The notes: generated by a model not told the origin, from the letters alone. A stretch of DNA of 48,800 nt from a bacterium (GCA_049472295.1 JBLIRM010000002.1:1-48800); one strand, 5' to 3'. Shown: positions 8,541 through 16,299, counted from the stretch's first letter. Program-made: numbers and translations.

Positions 8541-10115
8541 ATGGGGTCTTATTTCGTACTACCTTTCAGTGGATATTCCATGTATCCCCTCATCAAGCCG
8601 GGGGATCGACTGGTTGCCAAACCCGTTCACGCCCATTCCCTCAGGGTGGGTGATATTGTGGCCATCCCGGGTCCCGATAATGGACATGACATGGTCCATC
8701 GACTCATTAATGTATCACCCGATGGCAGAGGGATGACCAAGGGGGATGCCATGCTGAAGCCGGATCACAAGCAGGTCGAACTCACAATGGTTAGGGGCAG
8801 GGTTGAGGCGATCATCAGGGGACGCCGCTTGATCCCCATTTCGTCAGACCAGGGACCCGATATCAAAGGATTATATGGAAAGCTCGGTCAGAAAGGCATC
8901 TCTTACAGCTTTTTGAAATTAAAAAACAAGCTTCTATTTAATCAACTCCTTTCGAGGGATCAAAGCAAGAGACACAGCAAGGAAAGGGCCTTTATTCTCT
9001 CCACACTCCGGGGGAAGGTCCCGCCAGATCTTACGTCACCCGACTGGGATGCATTAACGGAAATGGCTTACAGGGAGGGTGCGACAGGGATTCTTTACAT
9101 GCGGCTCAAGGAGCAAGGAATCCCGGATGCCGTGCTTCTCCCATTCGAAAATTATCAACGCAATACCACCTTTATGAACCTGATCCATATAAGGGCAGTG
9201 GAAAGGCTGGAAGAGGCCTTAAAGGGAAAAGGGATCCAGGTAATGACCTTTAAGGGGGTCTGTCTCCTGGACATCGCCTACCCGCAGTTCGGGATGCGTT
9301 TCATGGACGACATCGACCTCATCGTGCGGCCGGAAGACCTGGAGCCATTTATGGGGATACTTCGCATTCTGGGTTATGAAAATCCAGGGCCATTATCCCA
9401 TCTATTCGTCAAAGACAATGTCACTATTGATCTTCACACCCATGCCCTGCACACAGATCGCATCGGAGGCAGGGGGGCCCTCTTCCCCTCCGGGATGGAG
9501 CCGCTTTGGGCATCCGCCATACCCTGGAAAAGCGGTTATCAGTATATCAAGCGGCCCGATGACGCAGACCATGTCCTTCTCCTCTGCCTGCACCTCTTAC
9601 AGCATTCCTTCTCCAGGCTCATCTGGTTGGAGGATATCCGCCGCCTGTTGGATCAAGGGGACCCGCACTTCTGGGAAAAGCTCAGAAACAGGTCCATCCT
9701 TTTCAAGCAGCGAAAGTCCCTTTCCTATACCCTCTATCTCCTGAGACTGCTTTTCAATTACGAACCTCCCCAGGAGTCAGTACTCAGCCTCTTATCTCAA
9801 AATATCTCCAAGGCTGAAAGGATGCTTCTGAACATCTATGCCACGGGCACACCGCTCAATCGCCTGGGCGTCCTCCTGGAATATTTCAGTATAACAAGAT
9901 TCAGAGATCGAATCCGATTTGGTTGGGAGACGCTGTTCCCAAAAAACAATGTCCTTAACCAGGAATTTGGCGTGTCTTCAATAGTTGAAAGGCTTTTCTT
10001 TTACCCTGGGCGTTTTTTTGAATTGATGAGCCTTTTGATCAAACTGATGCTCTCGATCCCGGGGGCAATGATCCGATCCACAAGATGTAAAAGGATAAAA
10101 AATACAGATGAATAA
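8541..10115 (+). CDS. fusion protein: N-terminal SipW/Sec11-type S26 peptidase domain plus 'uncharacterised nucleotidyltransferase' (NTP_transf_5-like) domain
   Basis: 524 aa. The first ~100 aa carry SGYSMYP (Ser nucleophile), GDIVAI, VHRLI (His) and TKGDAM, which is the motif order of SipW-type peptidases, and there is no N-terminal TM anchor. Residues ~170-330 (REGATGILYMRLKE...MTFKGVCLLDIAYPQFGMRFMDDIDLIVRPEDLEPFMGILRILGYE) look like the nucleotidyltransferase family found in lasso/RiPP clusters. Confidence 0.7.
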   Translation: MGSYFVLPFSGYSMYPLIKPGDRLVAKPVHAHSLRVGDIVAIPGPDNGHDMVHRLINVSPDGRGMTKGDAMLKPDHKQVELTMVRGRVEAIIRGRRLIPISSDQGPDIKGLYGKLGQKGISYSFLKLKNKLLFNQLLSRDQSKRHSKERAFILSTLRGKVPPDLTSPDWDALTEMAYREGATGILYMRLKEQGIPDAVLLPFENYQRNTTFMNLIHIRAVERLEEALKGKGIQVMTFKGVCLLDIAYPQFGMRFMDDIDLIVRPEDLEPFMGILRILGYENPGPLSHLFVKDNVTIDLHTHALHTDRIGGRGALFPSGMEPLWASAIPWKSGYQYIKRPDDADHVLLLCLHLLQHSFSRLIWLEDIRRLLDQGDPHFWEKLRNRSILFKQRKSLSYTLYLLRLLFNYEPPQESVLSLLSQNISKAERMLLNIYATGTPLNRLGVLLEYFSITRFRDRIRFGWETLFPKNNVLNQEFGVSSIVERLFFYPGRFFELMSLLIKLMLSIPGAMIRSTRCKRIKNTDE

Positions 10116-11802
10116 CCATCTTCAGATCATAAAAAGGATCATGGAAAAAGGCAGATCATACATCCCGGCATTCATAGCCCTTGCAGGTATGAATGCGGTC
10201 CTGGTACCTGTGGAATTCTATGGGCTCCTTCTTTCGCGAAAGATGATCGATCGAGGTTTCCTGCTCCGGAACTGGCCTACGATCAAAGGGATCATATTGA
10301 TCCTGTTTGGCCTTTTTGTTCTTCGAAGCCTCATCAATTACGCAAATGCAATTTTGTCCACGAATGTTCAGCTTCGAATGAATCAGAGATTCCAGAACGA
10401 ACTCTTCTCCCATCTTTTGCATCTGCCTATGCCTTTCTTTATGGAAGAATCCACCGGTCAACTGATGTCACGCCTTCTGGATGATGCCACACTTTTTTCA
10501 GCCATCCTAAAGGCAATCTTCCACAATGCACTTCTCGACCCGCTGAAACTCCTCCTCCTGACAACACTTCTTGCATATTTCAATCTTCGCCTCTGTTTGA
10601 TTATGGTGGTTTCAACCTTTTTTACCTTTCTGGTGATCCGCTGGATGGGGCATAGATTACGCGAAATCTCAAAAAGGACTCAGGAGAAGAACGCAGCCAT
10701 ATATAGTTTTGTGGCACAGATATTCTCTAACATCGAACTGATCAAATCAAAAATCACAGAAAAAAAGGAATCCGAAAGATTTCATCATCACATTGATGAG
10801 TTCATCGAACTGGCTCTCAAGACCTTAAAGATTTCACTCATTGCACAGCCCATCTTACAGATCCTGAAATATGCCACCCTCGGCATTGTGTTCATTTACG
10901 GAAGCTGGATGATATCAAAGGACATCCTGACCATCGGTACACTCACCATCTTCCTGGGAGCGACCTACCTCTTTTTCAATACACTGAATTCCCTCGGAAA
11001 TACCTATGGAGATCTGAGTGAGAATCTGGCCCGCATGGAAATCCTTTTCTCGATTCTGGATACCCCGCCAGAAGGGTCCGAAAAACAAACTTCCGTGATC
11101 GTCACGCCCCATATCAATACGATTGAATTCAAGCATGTATCCTTCGGATACCATCCCTCACAGCCGGTCCTGAACGATCTCTCCTTTTCCGTGAACAAGG
11201 GAGAGACCCTGGGTATCACCGGTCAAAGCGGCAGCGGCAAGACCACCATCATCCGCCTCCTGGTCGGATTTTATGAACCGAACACAGGTGAAATCAATCT
11301 GGACAAGGTATCCCTTCGCCACTGCGATCTGGCTACTCTCCGGCAAGCCATAGGGATCGTCTTTCAGGAAAACCTCATATTCAATGACTCCGTCAGGTAC
11401 AATATCGAATATGGCCTCGGAGATATCCCTGAATCAAAGATTATTCAGGCTGCCAAAACGTCCCAGGCCCATGAATTCATCCGGGCCATGCCCGGACAGT
11501 ATGAGACCATCATCGGTGAACAGGGGAAAAGGCTCTCAGGCGGTGAAAAGCAACGATTGGCCATTGCCAGGGCCATTGTGGCAGAACCCGAGATCCTAAT
11601 CCTGGATGAAGGCACCTCTTTTCTGGAGGTGGAACAGGAAAAGGCCATTCTAAAAAGGATCAGGCATATGAGAAAGGAAAAGATCACCATCATTATCTCA
11701 CACCGGCTTTCAGCCATGGAATCGGTGGATAGGATGCTGACGCTGGATAATGGCCGGATGATCGAGACAAATTTTCGGGCACTGGCAGGGATTTCTTATT
11801 GA
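10108..11802 (+). CDS. ABC exporter, fused permease/ATPase (type-I exporter, no C39 peptidase domain)
   Basis: 564 aa. An N-terminal six-TM-like region is followed by Walker A GQSGSGKTT, signature LSGGEKQRLAIARA, Walker B ILILDEGTS and H-loop IIISHR. It overlaps the upstream gene by 8 nt. Confidence 0.9.
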   Translation: MNNHLQIIKRIMEKGRSYIPAFIALAGMNAVLVPVEFYGLLLSRKMIDRGFLLRNWPTIKGIILILFGLFVLRSLINYANAILSTNVQLRMNQRFQNELFSHLLHLPMPFFMEESTGQLMSRLLDDATLFSAILKAIFHNALLDPLKLLLLTTLLAYFNLRLCLIMVVSTFFTFLVIRWMGHRLREISKRTQEKNAAIYSFVAQIFSNIELIKSKITEKKESERFHHHIDEFIELALKTLKISLIAQPILQILKYATLGIVFIYGSWMISKDILTIGTLTIFLGATYLFFNTLNSLGNTYGDLSENLARMEILFSILDTPPEGSEKQTSVIVTPHINTIEFKHVSFGYHPSQPVLNDLSFSVNKGETLGITGQSGSGKTTIIRLLVGFYEPNTGEINLDKVSLRHCDLATLRQAIGIVFQENLIFNDSVRYNIEYGLGDIPESKIIQAAKTSQAHEFIRAMPGQYETIIGEQGKRLSGGEKQRLAIARAIVAEPEILILDEGTSFLEVEQEKAILKRIRHMRKEKITIIISHRLSAMESVDRMLTLDNGRMIETNFRALAGISY

Positions 11803-11917
11803 AGATTCAAATTTTTGATTGATAACGCCCTCCAACGTTTCAAACCCGATTAACCGAAAAGTATATAGGTTTTTTCCCTCTGGATCGATAACACTTTGCA
11901 AGGAGGTCATACATAAA

Positions 11918-12196
11918 ATGGCAGAGCAAAAGAAACCGGTTGCCAATCCTTCAATAGTGCTCAGAGAGGAGTTCGATGACTGGGCCATCCTTTTTGATCC
12001 TGATTCCGGTCATGCCTTTGGGCTCAATCCTGTGGGCGTGTTTATATGGAAACACCTGGACGGAGACCATACCATCGAGGATATATACAAAGAGATCAGA
12101 GCAAAATACAAGGACATACCACATAAAACAAAGAAAGACATCAAAGATTTTGTCCGAAACCTTCTGGAAAAGGGTTTAACGGGATACGAGGCCTAA
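11918..12196 (+). CDS. PqqD-family peptide chaperone (RiPP recognition element)
   Basis: 92 aa from the ATG at 11918, with an AGGAGG RBS at 11901-11906. ILFDPDSGHAFGLNPVGVFIWKHLDGDHTIEDIYKEI...DIKDFVRNLLEKGL matches the PqqD pattern. It ends 7 nt upstream of a radical SAM gene. Confidence 0.8.
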   Translation: MAEQKKPVANPSIVLREEFDDWAILFDPDSGHAFGLNPVGVFIWKHLDGDHTIEDIYKEIRAKYKDIPHKTKKDIKDFVRNLLEKGLTGYEA

Positions 12197-12203
12197 GACC
12201 GAC

Positions 12204-13304
12204 ATGAAAATCATGAAAACACCCAGGTCAGTGGACATTGCCATAACGAACCAGTGCAATCTCCGGTGTACATATTGCAGCCATTTTACAAGCGCCGGTG
12301 ATGTGGACCAGGACCTTCCTCTGAAAGAATGGCTCCAATTCTTCAAAGAACTGGGCCAATGTGCGGTCATGGATCTGACCCTCGAGGGCGGGGAGCCATT
12401 CTGCCGCAAGGACCTGAGAGAGATCATTCAGGGGATCGTGGAAAATCATATGCGCTACCTGATACTGAGCAACGGGACTCTGATCACGGAGGATATGGCC
12501 GCCTTTCTCTCCTCCACCGGCCGGTGTAACGGGGTGCAGGTTTCTGTGGACGGCTCGACCCCGGCCACCCATGATGCAAGCCGGGGGCAAGGCACATTCT
12601 CAAAGGCCATCCAAGGGATCAAATCCCTTCAAAAACAGGATATCCCTGTTCATGTCCGCGTGACCATCAACAAATACAATATAGGGGACCTTGATGACAT
12701 TGCGGATCTGCTTTTGGACGAGATCGGCCTTGAGGATTTTTCCACCAATGCCGCCTCTTATATGGGCCTTTGCCGTCAGAATGCCGGGAATATCCAACTC
12801 AGCATAAAAGACCGCTCCGTGGCAATGGAGGCCCTTTTAAAACTTAACAAAAAATACCAGGGACGGATCAATGCCTCAGCAGGTCCCTTGGCTGATTTAA
12901 TACATTGGTCCGAGATGGAAAAGGCCCGCAAGGAGAATCTGGGATGCATGCCCGGGGGGGGATTTTTAACCGGATGCGGTGGGCCGATGAGCAAACTGGC
13001 CGTGCGGGCTGACGGTGTGATGGTCCCCTGTATCCAGTTGAGCCATATCGAACTGGGGCGGATCAACAGGGATAGTCTCCAGGAGATATGGCAGTCGCAT
13101 GAACGACTCGGGAGGCTCAGGCAGCGGTTTCAAATCCCTTTGAGCCGATTCGACTTCTGCAAGGGGTGCGATTACATGGATTATTGTACAGGGAACTGTC
13201 CTGCACTGGCCTATACCATGGTAGGGGAGGAGAATCATCCCAGTCCCGATGCCTGCTTCAGGCGATTCCTGGAGGAGGGGGGGAGCCTGCCGGATGAAAG
13301 ATAG
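12204..13304 (+). CDS. radical SAM / SPASM-domain peptide maturase 1
   Basis: 366 aa. CNLRCTYC (CX3CX2C) sits at the N-terminus. The C-terminal region has GCGGP...VPC followed by CKGCDYMDYCTGNC (CX2CX5CX3C, the canonical SPASM motif). Confidence 0.9.
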   Translation: MKIMKTPRSVDIAITNQCNLRCTYCSHFTSAGDVDQDLPLKEWLQFFKELGQCAVMDLTLEGGEPFCRKDLREIIQGIVENHMRYLILSNGTLITEDMAAFLSSTGRCNGVQVSVDGSTPATHDASRGQGTFSKAIQGIKSLQKQDIPVHVRVTINKYNIGDLDDIADLLLDEIGLEDFSTNAASYMGLCRQNAGNIQLSIKDRSVAMEALLKLNKKYQGRINASAGPLADLIHWSEMEKARKENLGCMPGGGFLTGCGGPMSKLAVRADGVMVPCIQLSHIELGRINRDSLQEIWQSHERLGRLRQRFQIPLSRFDFCKGCDYMDYCTGNCPALAYTMVGEENHPSPDACFRRFLEEGGSLPDER

Positions 13305-14532
13305 ATATCCGTTGAACCAGATATATTTCTATCTGACCGAGGGGTGCAACCTGCGATGCCGTCACTGCTGGATTGCACCCAAATACCAGACGGAATCCCA
13401 AACCTGCCGGACACTGGACCCGGACCTTTTCCAAAAGATCTTGAATCAGGCAAGGTCATTAGGGATCTCAGGGGTGAAATTAACCGGGGGTGAACCGCTT
13501 CTTCATCCCAGGATCCCCGAGATCCTGGAGATTGTGCGTCATGAGGCCCTTCAGCTCACTGTGGAGACCAACGGGGTCCTCTGTACGCCGGAGCTTGCCC
13601 GTGCCATGGCAGACTGCAAGCATCCTTTTATATCGGTAAGCCTGGACGGCGCCGATGCCGGAACCCATGAGTGGGTCAGAGGGGTGAGCGGCTGTTTTGA
13701 TGCCTGCCTGGAAGGCATCCGGAATCTTGTTAGGGCAGGCCTTCATCCGCAGATTATCATGACGGTCATGCGCCGGAATAAGGAGCAGATGGAGCCTGTG
13801 GTGCATCTTGCAGAGCACTTAGGGGCGTGTTCGGTCAAGTTCAATGTGGTCCAGCCCACAGCCAGAGGGGAAAAGATGCACCAGTCCAATGAGGCCCTGA
13901 GCATTGAGGAGCTTCTGGATCTGGGGAGATGGGTGGAGGATACCCTCTCTGTCTCGACCCGTCTGTCCGTTCGATATTCCCATCCGCCGGCCTTTCGTCC
14001 GCTGGGAAGCATGTTTGGAGAACAAGGAGACGGATGCAGTGTCTGCGGGATTCTGAATATTCTGGGGGTCCTGGCTGACGGTTCCTATGCCCTTTGCGGT
14101 ATCGGCGAGACCATGCCCGATCTGGTTTTCGGCCATGCGTCATTGGACCCCTTGGAGGAGATCTGGAAAAATACCCCTGTGCTCTTGGAGCTCCGAAAGG
14201 GTCTTCCCCAGCGTCTTGAAGGGATCTGCGCTGACTGTATCATGAAGGGGATCTGCCTGGGAAGCTGTATTGCCCAGAACTATTACCGCAGCAAGAATAT
14301 CTGGTCACCATTCTGGTATTGTGAGGAGGCATTGAACCAGGGCATCTTTCCCGAGAACCGGATGAGCACCAACCCATATCCCCATTGTAAAAAAGCAAAC
14401 AAACCTATGAAAGAAAAGCACCATAAAGGCCAAAACAAAAGGGCCTTTACTGGGCGTAACACAGAAAAGGCAGGGATACCGAACAGGTATCGGTCTGCCC
14501 GGAGGGGAGATAACCATGTCCTTACCATATGA
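13294..14532 (+). CDS. radical SAM / SPASM-domain peptide maturase 2
   Basis: Start taken at the ATG at 13294 (MKDRYPLNQIYFYLTEGCNLRCRHCW), overlapping maturase 1 by 11 nt. SPASM motif CADCIMKGICLGSC. A ~50-aa basic, low-complexity C-terminal tail overlaps the next ORF. Confidence 0.85.
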   Translation: MKDRYPLNQIYFYLTEGCNLRCRHCWIAPKYQTESQTCRTLDPDLFQKILNQARSLGISGVKLTGGEPLLHPRIPEILEIVRHEALQLTVETNGVLCTPELARAMADCKHPFISVSLDGADAGTHEWVRGVSGCFDACLEGIRNLVRAGLHPQIIMTVMRRNKEQMEPVVHLAEHLGACSVKFNVVQPTARGEKMHQSNEALSIEELLDLGRWVEDTLSVSTRLSVRYSHPPAFRPLGSMFGEQGDGCSVCGILNILGVLADGSYALCGIGETMPDLVFGHASLDPLEEIWKNTPVLLELRKGLPQRLEGICADCIMKGICLGSCIAQNYYRSKNIWSPFWYCEEALNQGIFPENRMSTNPYPHCKKANKPMKEKHHKGQNKRAFTGRNTEKAGIPNRYRSARRGDNHVLTI

Positions 14533-14740
14533 GAAACCCGTCCTGGTCCCATTCCGGTTTGATCAGACTCAAGTGGGGAGAGGGAAATGCGCAACCGGCT
14601 CCGGGGATTCCGGGAATTGCCAGCCCGGAACGGCACCTGCAGGGAAATGCCTTTCCGGTACGGATGATTTGGTGATACCAAAAAAATGCGAACCCGGGGC
14701 AGTCGCATCAAATAAATGTACTGCAGGTGGCGTAAACTGA
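14516..14740 (+). CDS. candidate RiPP precursor peptide, five [K/N]-C-x-x-G repeats
   Basis: 74 aa with a GGAGGGGAG RBS at 14502-14510. A Cys-free N-terminal part (MSLPYEKPVLVPFRFDQTQVGRG) is followed by GKCATGS, GNCQPGT, GKCLSGT, KKCEPGA and NKCTAGG, with Cys at residues 25/35/45/58/68. It lies immediately after the two maturases. Confidence 0.7.
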   Translation: MSLPYEKPVLVPFRFDQTQVGRGKCATGSGDSGNCQPGTAPAGKCLSGTDDLVIPKKCEPGAVASNKCTAGGVN

Positions 14741-15645
14741 ATAAAAAAACGCAATCAAAAAAGGGAAAGGGATACCTGATCCGCCTGGCCGATGGCCAGG
14801 TCTGGCATATGACTGCCTCCGAAGAGATCTCTCCCTGGGTCGGGAGGCTGGCATCCATGATGGAACTCGGAGAATATCAATCCAAGGGATACCCCAGGCT
14901 GATATTCGTCCGGGGAAGATCAATCGAAACACCGGCTAATTCAATGGCACAAAAAAATCTCCCCGAAAAGGGCTGGGGCAGCAGAGACTTCAGGAGTGTT
15001 CAATTATGGTTCCATCCGGAGGTGCCGGATGTTATCTGTGAAATCGGACCCGGCTCCGATCATGAACTGGACATTCTGAGGATGTGGCTGTCCCTTGATC
15101 CTATTTATCAGAGGGCACAGGAATCGGGTGGCCTCCCCTTTCATGCGGCATTAATCGAAAGGGATGGGATGGGTGTATTACTGGCTGCCCCCGGAGATAC
15201 GGGGAAATCTACCTGTTGCATGCGAATTCCACACCCATGGCGGGCCTTATGCGATGACGAGGCCCTTGTGGTGCAAAATGATCAGAAACAATATCTGGTG
15301 CACCCTTTTCCGACCTGGAGTGATTACCTCTGGCGAAGATCGCGGCGCACATGGAATGTGCAGCATTATGTCCCCTTAAAGGCACTGTTCTTTCTGAAAC
15401 AGGCTGAGGTGGATGAAGCGCTTCCCATGAAGGAGAGCCAGGCTGCATTATATGCCAACAATGCAGCGATACAGGTATCACGCCGTACCTGGCGACATAT
15501 GGATCGAACGGAGGTCACGGTCACCAGAAAAAGGCTATTCGAAAACGCCTGCCAGCTCGCCAAGGCAATCCCGGCATTCATCCTGAGCGTAAGCATATCC
15601 GGAAGATTCTGGGAGGAGATGGAAAAGGTCATTGAAGATAGATAA
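14716..15645 (+). CDS. HPr-kinase-like P-loop protein (HprK-related / ScmC-like)
   Basis: 309 aa. FHAALIERDGMGVLLAAPGDTGKST (P-loop at 15193-15213) parallels the HprK/P C-terminal domain G-V-L-I-x-G-x-S-G-x-GKS. The start is uncertain: the ATG at 14716 lies inside the precursor ORF, and the next ATG is at 14809. Confidence 0.65.
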   Translation: MYCRWRKLNKKTQSKKGKGYLIRLADGQVWHMTASEEISPWVGRLASMMELGEYQSKGYPRLIFVRGRSIETPANSMAQKNLPEKGWGSRDFRSVQLWFHPEVPDVICEIGPGSDHELDILRMWLSLDPIYQRAQESGGLPFHAALIERDGMGVLLAAPGDTGKSTCCMRIPHPWRALCDDEALVVQNDQKQYLVHPFPTWSDYLWRRSRRTWNVQHYVPLKALFFLKQAEVDEALPMKESQAALYANNAAIQVSRRTWRHMDRTEVTVTRKRLFENACQLAKAIPAFILSVSISGRFWEEMEKVIEDR

Positions 15646-16273
15646 ACGAAAAAAGCCGGCAAAAGTGACATCCATGAACTTCACAGGTCCGAGTATGCGT
15701 CCCATACTCAAGCATGGAGACCTGCTTCAGGTCATTCCCTATGACGGGCAAAAAATTCATCCAGGGGATGTTATTGTTTTTGTTCCTCCGGAAGGGGAGC
15801 AGAGGATTGTTCACCGCGTCATCTCAATCGGCTCCGAAGGCATCCGGACCCGGGGAGACTATTGCACGCATATCGATCCTTGGATACTCAATCCTCACCA
15901 TGTCATCGGACGGGTAATCTATGCCATCCGAGGGAAAAAACAGCAGAGGATATACGGAGGATTTTGGGGGTGTTTATCTGCCATGGCTGTCAGGGCTTTT
16001 CATCTGACAGACGGCATCATATCTTCCCTGTTCAGACCAGTCTATTACTGGATGGCCTGCAAAGGCAGCATCAGACGCTGGACTAAAGGTCTTTTCCAAA
16101 CCCGGGTGCTTTCTTTTAAAAGACCGGATGGCACGGAACTTCAGATTCTTATAGGGAGACGCGTTGTGGGAAGGTGGCTTCCGGGCAAGGATGGGTGGCA
16201 TATCCGGAGACCCTTCCGTCTCTTTGTGAATGAGGCATCCTTGCCGGAGAATCCCTCCAAATCATCAAAATAA
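15632..16273 (+). CDS. SipW/Sec11-type S26 peptidase-like protein without N-terminal anchor
   Basis: GPSMRPILKHGDLL, GDVIVF, IVHRVI and TRGDYC occur in the same order as in the N-terminal domain of the 8541 gene. The C-terminal ~100 aa are unassigned. The track start is a TTG at 15632; an alternative ATG is at 15674. Confidence 0.7.
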   Translation: MKIDKRKKPAKVTSMNFTGPSMRPILKHGDLLQVIPYDGQKIHPGDVIVFVPPEGEQRIVHRVISIGSEGIRTRGDYCTHIDPWILNPHHVIGRVIYAIRGKKQQRIYGGFWGCLSAMAVRAFHLTDGIISSLFRPVYYWMACKGSIRRWTKGLFQTRVLSFKRPDGTELQILIGRRVVGRWLPGKDGWHIRRPFRLFVNEASLPENPSKSSK

Positions 16274-16299
16274 CACTCGCTTTTTTAACTTCTCAGGGT

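Noticed and set aside
14283-14858. 191-aa minus-strand ORF spanning the precursor region
   Set aside because: It is antisense to the end of maturase 2, the precursor and the kinase start. It has no RBS or motifs, and the + strand frames have strong RBSs and clear repeat logic.
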